Shown here: one piece after another, positions 1-12,541 of the stretch | Layout of the letters: every line of letters begins with the position of its first letter | Numbering within the stretch: the stretch's first letter is position 1 | DNA from: Octopus vulgaris | Lineage: Eukaryota | NCBI GenBank assembly: GCA_951406725.2 | Contig: OX597833.1 | Coordinates: 5,022,001-5,086,000, forward strand | Reading direction: 5' to 3' | Length of the DNA: 64,000 nucleotides | Made by a program: the position numbers and the translations under genes | Notes under the pieces: model-generated | Database searches by the model: none | What the model saw: only the letters and a program-made list of their open reading frames with translations | What the model was told of the DNA's origin: nothing

Positions 1-405
1 GCCCTGGAGGTCAGCAATGGAGATACGCTGGAATAGCCGCTCTGACTCGCGAAGTTTGCGCTTGCGGACAGCCTTCGCGACCCTGACATATGGCTCGGGG
101 GCCTCCACTACCACAGGCTCGACCATAAACCTGTCGGACAGGTTTGTTTTTCTCAGCCTGATCAGCAGCAGAGCCTGGGCTGGTAGCTGACAACACCCAG
201 TTTCTGCGGGAGAAGTCACAGCATGTGACATCCCAGATGAGGGGCCACCGGCCACGGAACGGGGAAATTGTCAAATCGTCTGGCCTTTTACTGTCCTCTC
301 GGTCTAGTCTTGCCGGTTCGAGCTGGGAAGGAAAGCCTGCAACGTCTAGGCCATGCTTGTTGGTTTGGTTGTTGATGTTGTTTAGCTTCAGGTTGAGCCG
401 CGACT
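1..405 (-). mobile_element. CRE-like non-LTR retrotransposon remnant, restriction-like endonuclease domain (degenerate)
   Basis: Minus-strand translation LEPARLDREDSKRPDDLTISPFRGRWPLIWDVT...AADQAEKNK...LFQRISIA matches the EP-RPD-WD(V)T-AE..K-QR.S.A pattern of RLE domains in CRE-type elements; frameshifted; runs off the window edge. Confidence 0.6.
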
Positions 406-968
406 AAACAGACCTAAGATCACAGACATTCCAGCCATGCCCACGCTAAGAATTGGAAATCTAGTTCAGTAATAATGTCTCTACATCATCAAACATTAAA
501 GTTTACTCAAAATTTTAAAATTTGGCACAGTAATACACTTGCCCAGACTGAATTGCTGGAGTTATTTTATTTTACCAGAAAAATGTTTTTAAAAAGCTAT
601 AAAGGTTTAAAATTTGATCCTTTTCATCCAATCAGGAAACAGGATTTGTAAGCTGTCGTTTTGTGCGGGACTGCACATTTTGTCAGCATCCTGAAAATAG
701 CACTTGTCGTGAATATTTGTAAACAACACGTGTTATGTCCCCGGTCATTTTCTTTCATGTAAATAAATGTTTATGTTAATTTAAAAGAGAGAAACAGTTA
801 GTTTCAAATTTTCGGGTGAGATGTTGGGAAATGATCTTTAATCTAAAAGATTTACCCCCCCCAAATCTTATTTAGCTGTTATTTTTAGCATACCTCACAA
901 CTACCCCAGTGTTCAATTACTAAAAGAAACAAACTTAAGCAATTTAAATATGCATACAGGAGCATATA

Positions 969-1380
969 GGCGCAAGAGTGGCTGTGTGGTAAGTAGCTTG
1001 CTAACCAACCACATGGTTCTGGGTTCAGTCCCACTGCGTGGCACCTTGGGCAAGTGTCTTCTACTATAGCCCCGGGCCAACCAATGCCTTGTAAGTGGAT
1101 TTGGTAGACGGAAACTGAAGGAAGCCTGTCGTATATCTGCATATATATGTATATGTATGTGTGTGTGTGTGTGTGTGTGTCTGTGTTTGTCCCCCTAGCA
1201 TTGCTTGACAACCGATGCTGGTGTGTTTACGTCCCCGTTACTTAGCGGTTCGGCAAATGAAACCGATAGAATAAGTACTGGGCTTACAAAGAATAAGTCC
1301 CGGGGTCGATTTGCTCGACTAAAGGCGGTGCTCCAGCATGGCCGCAGTCAAATGACTGAAACAAGTAAAGAGTAAAGAGT
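969..1380 (+). mobile_element. tRNA-derived SINE family A, full length, internal (TA)/(TG) microsatellite
   Basis: Head GGCGCA(A/G)GAGTGGCTGTGTGGTAAG with B-box-like GGTTCAGTCCC; tail AAACAAGTAAAGAG; more than 10 near-identical copies in the window. Confidence 0.85.
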
Positions 1381-1603
1381 ATACAAGAAAAACCTGTCTG
1401 GTCGCACGACACACTCCTCCGATAACTCGCTGCTCAGGTAGGACCCTTCCTCGGTTGACTGCTGTCAGCACGTGCTTCCTCGCAGACTTTTCAAATACTG
1501 TTACTATGGCAACAGGCAAAAGAGTTCTTGTCACTATCGAAACAGACCTGAATGTGTCTGTGGCTTACAATCGGCTAAAATTACCAAACTTTTCAAACTT
1601 TAA

Positions 1604-2035
1604 TCTCTCTATATATAAAAGACAGTTTGTCTGTCTGTGTGTCTGTGTGGCTGTCAGGTTGTACCCTCACCCTGACCACGGCTTTCAACCGATTCTGATG
1701 AAACTTGACACACACACATAGCCCAATGTCATAATTCAAAACTAACGCAGCGAAAATTTTGAAAAGTTCCCCCAGTTCTGAAAATAATTGATAAATTCGA
1801 CATGGGGTCGAGAATCTAAGTTTTTTATATGCAACATATTTTCTGTTGTAGTTTTCGCAACTTGCAATCGGGAAACAACTAGGAACATCGTTTACATAGA
1901 AGTATTCGAGTGAAGAGAAGACATTGCAACATACACATGTGCCTTCGTTGCTTAGAGGGAAAGAACTAGATTGGGATTAGTCGTTGCCTACTAGGGGCTC
2001 TTACATACCCGGGCAACGCCGGGCTATGCTGCTAG
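1604..2035 (+). mobile_element. Non-autonomous Helitron-like element
   Basis: 5' TC...TATATATAAAA start; 3' hairpin CCCGGGCAACGCCGGG followed by CTAG|T; A/T insertion context. Confidence 0.65.
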
Positions 2036-2119
2036 TTACTAATAATTCTTTATTGATTTATAGCGACAATTATTTTTACGGCATTAATTAGCCTCTAAAA
2101 GTGTATCATTACACTGAAT

Positions 2120-2868
2120 GTGAAATCAATTCGAACAGAATTGATGCTGGCGGCCAAACAGAAAAGATCCCGGACAAGTAAACAAAAATGTCGATCAAGC
2201 ACTCGGAAAGCTGATAGACGACTCCATGAGAATAGAAGAGAAGATGCCATCGGAGAGATTGATCAACTTATTTACTCAGCTGCTTGTGTCGCAACTCAGA
2301 AATGCGGTGATAGAGAATGAAAAAGTGCAATGTACAGAAATAGCCTGCATAGATGGAAAGAATAAAGTGGCAAATAATCCAGCTAAGAGCAGATATATCT
2401 TGAAGCAAGCAAAGGGAAGACTAGCAAACCTAACAAGCTAATAAAAATAATTGCTAAACATGAGAATACAAAGGATACACAGATTGAAATCCTCTGACAA
2501 AAACTCCCATTAAAACCCAAACGGTCGGCTATATTTGCCAGTCGTTTGGGTTTGCAAATCACAAAAATGTGGAAGCTTAGTACTACAATAGCACCAGTGG
2601 TAATTGGTGCGTTGGGAATGATAATGAAGGGAACTGAGAAGTATATTAACCAACACCCTGGTAACATCGATCTCCGTGAACTACAAAAGATAATCTTGAT
2701 GGGTACAGCCCATAGACTACGGAAAGTACTTTCTATTTAAAATGGAATAAATGTGGTGATAATTTTAGCATGCGTAACAAAACAAAAGTGCCCCTTGCTA
2801 CTGTTGACCTCTGGAGGGTGCCCAGTACTGAGGCAGCTGAAATAAAGTTATAATGAAAGGAAACCATA

Positions 2869-2870
<2 letters not shown>
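2120..2870 (+). mobile_element. R4/Dong-type RLE non-LTR retrotransposon 3' remnant
   Basis: C-terminal peptide ITKMWKLSTTIAPVVIGALG...ELQKIILMGTAHRLRKVL* (stop 2740), short 3' UTR, then (AAT)n. Confidence 0.7.
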
Positions 2871-2917
<47 letters not shown>

Positions 2918-2942
2918 GTAATAATAATAATAATAATAATAA

Positions 2943-3008
<66 letters not shown>

Positions 3009-3065
3009 TGATGATAATAATAATAATAATAATAGTGGTAGTAGTAGTAGTAGTACTAATAATAA

Positions 3066-3102
<37 letters not shown>

Positions 3103-3117
3103 CATAATAATAATAAG

Positions 3118-3580
3118 ATGGGCTACAGCAAATATTCTGCTCAATACCACAGATTTACTTTTCAGTTGTTTGACCTTAACCAGTTGAGCATGTCCCTTAG
3201 TGGCTGACGATATGTGCATCTCTGATCACGAGCAGAAGTAGTGGGGGAGCATCATAGCCATGTGTTGAGAAGGATTCTTTGGGGTTTGAATAATTCACCT
3301 CTGGAAACATGGGTGGTTCTTTCAACATCCTTAAACAACCCTTATCCAGGGACCTTTTGAGCGGGATGGGCTACTCAACCTGAAGAAAATTTTAACTGGG
3401 CCCCACCTGCAAGGCCATGTGCTGTTTATCTTGATATGAGATCACCATGTCGCGCACATATGGTTGTGATGCATGTGCCTGGTGTACCTTTATCAGACGG
3501 GTAGTCATGATGGGTATATTGGGCTTCGTATATTTTACCCCAGTGTCACTTTGATGGCATGAACTGCTCTCTCACTCAAT
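3118..3580 (-). mobile_element. ~460-bp non-coding interspersed element (family D) inserted in (AAT)n
   Basis: Near-identical second copy at 37411-37873 and terminal fragment at 29286-29313; all bounded by AAT/TTA tracts; orientation is inferred. Confidence 0.75.
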
Positions 3581-3771
3581 GATAATAATAATATTATTAC
3601 TGTGAGAACTATTACTACCCATGTATTTTAATTTAACTTAAAAAAAAATGAACGAACTATTGAGTTTAGTTTAATGGCCTACCAATGTATACTATGAGTT
3701 TCTTTGCCCTAGGAGTCGGGAAGACACTCGGCAAGAAATGGAAGCAAATTTGAAAGAAGAAAAAAAAAAAT

Positions 3772-3816
<45 letters not shown>

Positions 3817-4297
3817 TTTTTTTCAGCCATCTTGGTAATTGAGTGCTGATACTTCCAAGTGCACCAATTATATTGGTATTACTTCTACTCTCTCCTCATT
3901 GACCACAACCTTCGTATATCCCACTTCAAATCGTCATAGTTGTTTATTTATTTATTCTTTGAAATCAGGGTGAAAAAAGAAGAAATAAATAAAAGAAACT
4001 ATGACGATTTGAAGTGGGAAATAGGAATGTTGTGGTCAATGAAGAGAGTAGAAGTGATACCAATAGTAATTGGTGCACTTGGAAGTATCTGCACCCAACT
4101 ACCAACATGGCTGAAAAAGATCGGTGCGAGTGTGAAGGTAGAACACCTAAAAAAAGTCAGCTTTGCTTGGAACTGCAAGAATTCTTCGCAGGGTTCTTGA
4201 AGCATGACCAGTAAACAAGTGTCACCTTAGTCTGCTGGCTGTGGACAGATGACATTTTCCATCATACCAAGCAAACAAAGCAGTGAGTTTTCATCAC

Positions 4298-4300
<3 letters not shown>
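3817..4300 (+). mobile_element. R4/Dong-type LINE 3' remnant preceded by an inverted diverged copy
   Basis: YDDLKWEIGMLWSMKRVEVIPIVIGALGSI... (3997-4200), then a UTR and (AAT)n; 3817-3941 is the reverse complement of about 3997-4118. Confidence 0.7.
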
Positions 4301-4341
<41 letters not shown>

Positions 4342-4391
4342 TTCCAACAGTCGAATCTGTTGTGTGTATATCTGAATAAAAATAATAATGG

Positions 4392-4487
4392 TCCTCGGTG
4401 GAATTTGAACTCAGAACGTAGTGACGGGTGAAATACCGCTAAGAATTCCGTCCAGCGCATTAACGATTCTGCCAACTCCCGCCGCCT
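4392..4487 (-). mobile_element. SINE family C head fragment
   Basis: Matches the GGCGGCGAGCTGGCAGAA...GAGTTCAAATTCC head of other copies. Confidence 0.6.
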
Positions 4488-4597
4488 TAAAAAAAATAGA
4501 ATACGAGTACTAAGTTCTAAAACAACTTGTTATTAGTTTCGCCATACCTAAGCGACATATTTAGAATTATACACACACGCACGCGCGCACACACACA

Positions 4598-4630
<33 letters not shown>

Positions 4631-5081
4631 GCACGCACACGCACGCACGCACGCACTCACACGCATACACATATTCATACAAGTATTTGAAAGTGCGCGA
4701 CTAAATGCACATATACTTACACACATACAAACACACACACACACACACACTCACATATATATATATATACACACACATATACATACATACATACATACAT
4801 ATATGCATATATACATATATATATGCATATATACATATATATATATGCATATATACATATATATATATGCATATATACATATATATATACATACATTATA
4901 TATATATACACACACATATATATATATATATACATATATGTACATACATATATATATGTGTATATATATGTGTATATATATGTATATATTATTAAAAACA
5001 AGTGGATATATTCCACTGAAACTAGGTAAATAAAACCTTCGAACTGGGACGATCAGTAGCGACACCTGCAAGTCTGACTAC

Positions 5082-5124
5082 GCTGCATTGATAAGGGGCA
5101 ACAACCCTGAAACATGTCTGTAGC
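5082..5124 (+). ncRNA. Type I hammerhead ribozyme motif, U3-A8 core variant
   Basis: GCTGCA-TTGATAA-GGGG(CAACAA)CCCT-GAA-ACATGT-C-TGTAGC; stems I, II and palindromic III all pair; predicted cleavage after C5118. Confidence 0.7.
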
Positions 5125-5280
5125 TGTCTGACTGGCAGGATGAAGCGGCTGACCTCCCTTGTTCGAAGGTTTATAATGGACGCAGGTTGTGTGTCAAATA
5201 GCTAGCTTGAGGCGGTGGCCTCTTGGGGCTAATCAGCGACAGCTTTAGTCTTATATTTATAAGACTGCCATATAGTATGG

Positions 5281-5327
<47 letters not shown>

Positions 5328-5607
5328 TTAAAATACACAGTATTAAGATGCGTGCTACTAATAGTGTCCTCTTTTGGAGACCCGTGTGTAGACAGGTTTT
5401 ATAGCGTGCCTTGCGTCTGCAGGCATTCTTCACGCTGAGATTGCTTGGAGACAGAAGCTAGATTATAAAACCTGCCATGACAAACAAATGTTTTTACTTC
5501 AAGGAACTTATTAGTGGCTCGTATCTTTATTTTGTGTACATTAAACATTTATTTCTCGCTGTCTCTGGATGGGGTAAATTTTTTATGACCTTATCTTGGC
5601 AGAACAG

Positions 5608-5704
<97 letters not shown>

Positions 5705-5891
5705 CATACATACATACATAATAAACATTTAAAGCATCGCCACGCGCGCATCCACGGGTTACATGTTTATTAAGACCACAGTCCATACATATACATACCT
5801 GCACATACACACACACACACATACACACATATATATATATATATACATACATACATAGACACACATACATACACACACACACACACACATA

Positions 5892-6587
5892 CAGGGGTTG
5901 GACAAAATAATGGGAAACACCTAGCATCATAGCATCATAATTTTGAAATATCTATAAAACCGTCAAAAGCATGTTTATTTTTATGTTTTTTTTATTTATT
6001 ATTAGTGTTGCTTAATATGTTTTGCTAAAATTGCTGTTCCTTTTAAGATATCATCAGAAAAAGCTAATTAAAAGTAATTAAAATGACATATCTATCGGAC
6101 TTTCAAAGAGGTCAAATTGTTGGTGCTCGTAAGGCAGGCGCTAGCGTAAAAAAAACAGCCGAAATGTTTGCTGTATCAAGAAGTACTGTCTCGAAAGTAA
6201 TGGCAGCCTTTGAGAAAGCGGGAAAAACCACCTCGTCGAAGCAAAACTCCGGAAGAAAACCAAAACTTTCAGATAGGAACCGTCGGACTCTTACGCGAAT
6301 TGTTAGAAAGGATCACAAAAGTACAGCTCCCAAAATTACTGCAGAGCTTAATGACCTCCTCGAGAACCCAGTTTCCACAAAAACTGTTTGCCGGGAGCTG
6401 CACAAAACCAGATTTCACGGGAGGGCTGCAATCAGAAAACCACTACTTTCAAAAACAAACGTTGCAAAGCGTTTAGACTGGAGAAAAAACCTACAGAATT
6501 GGTCCCTAGAACAGTGGAAGAATGTTACTTTCTCGGACGAGTCATCCTTTACCTTATTTCCGACCACTAGTCGAGTATACGTGTGGA

Positions 6588-6590
<3 letters not shown>
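5892..6590 (+). mobile_element. Tc1-family DNA transposon, 5' part (left TIR plus truncated transposase)
   Basis: TA|CAGGGGTTGGACAAAATAATGG TIR; truncated by a (CA)n tract. Confidence 0.85.
6083..6590 (+). pseudogene. Truncated Tc1 transposase (HTH, GRKPKL linker, first catalytic D)
   Basis: LSDFQRGQIVG...SRSTVSKV...SGRKPKLS...RKPLLSK...W..EQWKNVTFSDESSF; the rest of the DDE domain is missing. Confidence 0.85.
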
Positions 6591-6682
<92 letters not shown>

Positions 6683-6684
6683 CT

Positions 6685-6942
6685 ACCTCGGCGGAATTTG
6701 AACTAAGAACTTAGCAGCAGACGAAATACCTATTTCTTTACTACCGACAAGGGGCTAAACACAGAGGAGACAAACAAGGAGAGACACACGGATTAAGTGC
6801 GTAACTGGTACTTAATTTATCGACCCCGAAAGGATGAAAGGCAAAGTCGACCTCGGCTGAATTTGAACTCAGAACGTAACGGCAGACGAAATACGGCTAA
6901 GCATTTCGCCCGGCGTGCTAACGGTTCTGCCAGCTCGCAGCC
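6685..6942 (-). mobile_element. SINE family C (composite)
   Basis: Same head and CATCCTTTCGGGGTCGATAAA core as copies at 46091, 52783 and 39820. Confidence 0.75.
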
Positions 6943-7332
6943 TTTATGAATCCATATCTATAAACAGACAGAGGACACTTAATTGTTGATAGAGACACAC
7001 ATGATGCACAGGCATAAACAGGCCAAACCAGAACCAGTTGATTCGGTTTACTGGGAAATGAAACAACAACGAAAGCGTTGAAAGAAAATCAAAATTTCCC
7101 ACAAAAATACAATCAATATGATGGGAAAAAACAGAAGACCATTCAGACACTTTAGACACACGCACACACACACAAACATGCATACACACCTACAAAGAAC
7201 TATACACAGATATAAAAAAAATGTCATATGATCACACTCTAGGTGCAAGTGTACCGAACCGACCAAGCAGAAATGCACGAACACACAAATAAATACACGC
7301 ACACACATATATAAAATATATGCACATATATA

Positions 7333-7685
7333 GGCGCAGGAGTTCCGGGTTCAGTCCCACGGCATGGCATCTTGGGCAAGTGTCTTCTGCTAAAGCCCCG
7401 GGCCAACCAATGCCTTGTGAGTGGATTTGGTAGACGGAAACTGAAAGAAGCCTGTCGTATATATGTATGTGTGTGTGTGTGTGTTTGTGTGTCTGTGTTT
7501 GTCCCCCTAGCATCGCTTGACAACCGATGCTGGTGTGTTTACGTCCCCGTCACTTAGCGGTTCGGCAAAAGAGAGCGATAGAATAAGTACTGGGCTTACA
7601 AAGAATAAGTACCGAGGTCGATTTGCACGACTAAAAGGCGGTGCTCCAGCATGGCCGCAGTCAAATGACTGAAACAAGTAAAAGA
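7333..7685 (+). mobile_element. SINE family A with a deletion in the head
   Basis: Homology to 969-1380. Confidence 0.8.
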
Positions 7686-7966
7686 AGAAAAAAAGAAAGA
7701 ATATATGCATATATATATACATAAACATATGTGTGTGTTGTTGTTGATTGTGTATTTTGTGTGTTGTTTGTGTTTTCAGGTAGGACTAGCAACTTGTTTT
7801 TTCTGTTTCCCCTGTTATGGCGTGAATCATGGAAGGATTGTGTTCTTGTGCAATCCCACTGAAAATGAATTCGTCACCATCATCATCGTCATCATCAGCA
7901 TCATCGTCGTCGTTGACGTCATTATCATCATCATCATCATCATCATCGTCATCGTCATCGTCATCG

Positions 7967-8023
<57 letters not shown>

Positions 8024-8240
8024 ATCTATATATACGTATAATATATATATATGTATACATATATATATTTATGTATTTATATTTATATATACATCTACAA
8101 ATATTTATATATATATATCTATATAAATACACACACATACACACATACACATATATACATGTAGATATGTATGTATATATATATGTGCATATATGTATTT
8201 GTATATAAATACATGCATATATACACATGCAAACACACAA

Positions 8241-8293
<53 letters not shown>

Positions 8294-8370
8294 TACATAA
8301 ACACACATACATGTATCTAGGCATATACATATATATGTATATATACCCACTTCCAACAAATATATTCTTC

Positions 8371-8600
8371 TATTCTTTTACTGGTTTAAGTCATTTGACT
8401 GCGGCCATGCTGGAGCACTGGCTTTAGTCGAACGAATCAACCCCAGGACTTATTCTTTGTAAGCCTAGTACTTATTCTTTCGGTCTCGTTTGCCGACTCG
8501 CTAAGTTACGGGGACGTAAACACGCCAACATCGGTGATCAAGCGATGTGGTGGTGGTGGGGGGGACAAACACAGACACCCCAAAACACACACACATATAC
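8371..8600 (-). mobile_element. SINE family A, 3' half
   Basis: Reverse complement of the family A tail. Confidence 0.7.
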
Positions 8601-8664
8601 ATATCTAAAAATACATATATACATATATATATATACATATATACATATATATATATATACATAT

Positions 8665-8723
<59 letters not shown>

Positions 8724-8725
<2 letters not shown>

Positions 8726-9135
8726 CGCAGGAGTGGGTGTGTGGTAAGTAGCTTGCTAACCAACCACATGGTTCCGGGTTCAGTCCCACTGCGTGGCACC
8801 TTGGGCAAGTGTCTTCTGCTATAGCCCCGGGCCGATCAATGCCTTGTGAGTGGATTTGGTAGACGGAAACTGAAAGAAGCCTGTCGTATATATGTATATA
8901 TATAAGTGTGTGTGTGTGTATATGTTTGTGTGTCTGTGTTTGTCCCCCTAGCATTGCTTGACAACCGATGCTGGTGTGTTTACGTCTCCGTCACTTAGCA
9001 GTTCGGCAAAAGAGACCGATAGAATAAATACTGGGCTTACAAAGAATAAGTCCCGGGGTCGATTTGCTCGACTAAAGGCGGTGCTCCAGCATGGCTGCAG
9101 TCAAATGACTGAAACAAGTAAAAGAGTAAAAAGAG
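8724..9135 (+). mobile_element. SINE family A, full length
   Basis: Homology to 969-1380. Confidence 0.85.
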
Positions 9136-9300
9136 TATATATATATATAAGTATGCGCCTCGAGCACACACACACCCACACTCAGAGGCTCTTCGGTTAC
9201 ACGACCATGGGAAAAATACAATTCTTAATAGCTGAATGTCACTCTGCCCTTTTGAAGGACAACAAATGTATTGTCATATTCGTTCTATGTGAGAAAACAG

Positions 9301-9337
<37 letters not shown>

Positions 9338-9581
9338 TATACACACACGCACGCTTACGTGTGCGTATGTGCATGTGTGCGTGTGTGTGTACGTGTGTAT
9401 GCTAACATTCCTTAGTCGTTTAGGTGTGAAGGGTTGCGATTACTGAAGCAACAACTTCTAAACCAGTGGCAAACTTTCTCGATACAAACAAAGCACCTGT
9501 CACCGGATTCTCATAAATATTGTTGTTGAAGTTCGGCTCCAAACACACACTCTCTCTCTCTCTCACACATGCACACATTAT

Positions 9582-9642
<61 letters not shown>

Positions 9643-9669
9643 GCTGGGGCACCTCCGTTAAGAAAGCAT

Positions 9670-9713
9670 TACCATGACGGGAATCGAACCCAGGCCGCCT
9701 GGGTGAAAGCCGT
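9670..9713 (-). pseudogene. tRNA-Glu(TTC)-like 3'-half fragment
   Basis: Minus strand CGGCTTTCACCCAGGCGGCCTGGGTTCGATTCCCGTCATGG gives an anticodon loop and T-arm; the 5' half is absent. Confidence 0.5.
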
Positions 9714-9935
9714 AGATATATAATTCGTTTTTATATCTGGTTTGTAAGATTCTTTGTGTGAATTCGTGGTTTTGAAACAAATTTTGTGATTATACAATTG
9801 TCGCTGGATCTCCCTCAGGAATTCTTCTAACGAACGATAGACAGGTAAAATGGAATATGCAGGAAACTTTATTGCTCACAACATTGTAAGCAGTAATTTT
9901 TCCCATATATTCCATTTTCCGTCTCTATTATTTGT

Positions 9936-9980
<45 letters not shown>

Positions 9981-9982
9981 AA

Positions 9983-10067
<85 letters not shown>

Positions 10068-10374
10068 CAAATAATATGGCTGGATTCACCTTTTCTGTGA
10101 AGCTAAAAGGCTTTTTTAAAGCCTGTTATAAGACTGTGCATCATTAGAGAACTTTGGAAGTCTGCTTACAATCTAAATTTGCTTTTTATAGAACTATCTT
10201 CGATACTTCATGAGTGTAGCCTAACCCACTAGGGTGCTTGGAGAACTCATATGTGTTTTGGCTGATGAGTACGGGACACTTGTATTTGCTGCAATATTTG
10301 CAGCTTTTAATAAAGCTGGTCATCGTATGAAACAATTGTACTGAAAAACTAATCCATTCTTGTTGCTTTTTTCT

Positions 10375-10417
<43 letters not shown>

Positions 10418-10544
10418 ATATATAAGACACACACACAGACACACACACAGATATATATATATATATATATAGATGCATTTGTACTTACGTATATGTACAT
10501 ACTTACATCAATATGTATAGATATGCATATGTGGGCACAAGACG

Positions 10545-10800
10545 TCATGAAATGAATACAAAATTTACGAAGTACGAGTACATGGAATATGAACTATTTT
10601 TTTCGAACAACGAAAGACACAAATGGAAAACAAACAACATAAAGAACGACCCTTCATCAGTCGTTGGCTGTTTTCCTACTCTCGTATTTCGAGCATTTAA
10701 CAACAATGTACGCTTTCGATAAAACACTTGCTCCCGCAAAGCAAACTAAATAAAATTTGGGATTTTGCAGACGGTCAAAATTAGTAACACTAACAGGTCA
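10545..10800 (-). repeat. Interspersed repeat beside (TA)n, probably a Penelope-like terminal segment
   Basis: Second copy at about 50790-51050; contains CTGATGAAGGG on the minus strand. Confidence 0.55.
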
Positions 10801-11713
10801 GTGAAAACAATTAGGAAGGGCTGCTAAGCCTAGACGAGGTTGTGGTGGCGAACGCGTAAATCAAGCTTGGACAGGAGAAAAAAAAATGGAGAAATTTAAA
10901 AAATGCTTGGTTCATTGTATTTGTATTACATTTGAAAATTTCCTGAACGTAGTCCTCAAATAAGTCATTTCGTAACCCAAGACTAAACTATACTTATTTT
11001 TCCCGAAGAGATCTAACAATATACCGCTTATTACATCTTTAAAAGTTACAATTATTGATGATTCTGAAATATTGTTATATTGAAACATATGTAGAATATC
11101 TTTTTGGATATTTTTGCGCTATTTTGTTGATGCAGTTCCTCTTATACTTGTTCTTATAGGTATATCTTTTAATCTTTTAATTTGCATTACTTTCCCAATT
11201 GTAATACAAATAAAATTAACCAAGCGTCTTTTAAACTTTTCTTCACCATTTTGTTTTACTGATTTTTTAATTTTATGAGACTGATTATACATATACGGCA
11301 TCAAGATTGTTTTTAACAATCCTTTAAGCGGATATTTTTTCCTCAAATTCTCTCTCTCTCTCTATATATTTTTATATAAGCGCCCCCAACACGTAATCTG
11401 TGATAATGAAGTCAAACCAAACAGTGATATTTTGAAATCATTTATTATGTTCGTTTCAGATCTGCATAATATCATAGGAAATGCATCCGTTACGCAAGAT
11501 CTTCCTCAGTTAAACTATTTCAAAGCATAATCTAGTTGAAACACACACACGCGGGCGCGCATACACACATATGTATATATGTGCCATGTATGTCTGTTAG
11601 AGAAATGGGAAGACGATAGTTCAAGTGACGTCGCAATTATGTAATGTTTAATTTTGACACCGGGAATCTCAACAAATATATATGTAGATATTCATATATG
11701 CGACATTGTAATG

Positions 11714-12098
11714 TGGAAGCACTCCGCCGGTTACGACGACGAGGGTTCCGGTTGATCCGAATCAACGGAACAGCCTGCTCGTGAAATTAACGTGTAAGTG
11801 GCTGAGCACTCCACAGACAAGTGTACCCTTAACGTAGTTCTCGGGGATATTCAGCGTGACACAGAAAGTGACAAGGCCGGACCTTTGAAATGCAGGTACA
11901 ACAGAAACAGGAAGTAAGAGTGAGAGAAAGTTGTGGTGAAAGAGTACAGCAGGGATCACCACCATCCCCTGCCGGAGCCTCGTGGAGCTTTAGGTGTTTT
12001 CGCTCAATAAACACTCACAACGCCCGGTCTGGGAATCGAAACCGCGATCCTATGACCGCGAGTCCGCTGCCCTAACCACTGGGCCATTGCGCCTCCAC
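11714..12098 (-). mobile_element. tRNA-derived SINE family B, full length
   Basis: Head GTGGAGGCGCAATGGCCCAGTGGTTAGG (A box) and GGTTTCGATTCCC (B box); tail GGAGTGCTTCCA; flanked by a GCGACATTGTAATGTG direct repeat consistent with a TSD. Confidence 0.85.
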
Positions 12099-12275
12099 GC
12101 GACATTGTAATGTGATGGGCATGTATGACAACTAACCAATTACATTAGATCTCAGTATATAACGTATTATCTCCGCATCTATATCCACCGTTGAGATGTC
12201 TGTAACTACCTTAGACGTAGTATTGAATATGTAATATAGAAACAGAACTAACAAACACACACAAGGGAAAGAAAT

Positions 12276-12486
12276 AACATCAGCGACATTTCAACTGGTT
12301 CCTCTTTATCTTGCGCTCGTTTCAATAATTCAATACTGATGTACATATGAGCAACGTTTCCGCCATTTCATGAGGGTGTTTAAAACCCTAATGGAATATG
12401 AGTATGTAAGTATGTATGTATGTATGTATGTATGTATGTATGTATGTATGTATGTATGTATGTATGTATGTATGTATGTATGTATG

Positions 12487-12541
<55 letters not shown>

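Noticed and set aside
885-1534. Recurrent short ORFs such as [15 protein letters not shown] and [13 protein letters not shown]
   Set aside because: Incidental frames in SINE family A copies
7780-7875. Possible upstream SLC22 exon after tgttttcag
   Set aside because: No SLC22 motif and no donor; runs into (CAT)n
10630-10710. CTGATGA cores here (-), at about 50910 (-) and at about 50503 (+)
   Set aside because: Could not close stems I-III with a correctly placed GAAA; truncated or not hammerheads
11714-12098. tRNA gene calls for SINE heads
   Set aside because: A and B boxes are present, but there is no complete cloverleaf and they are always fused to SINE bodies
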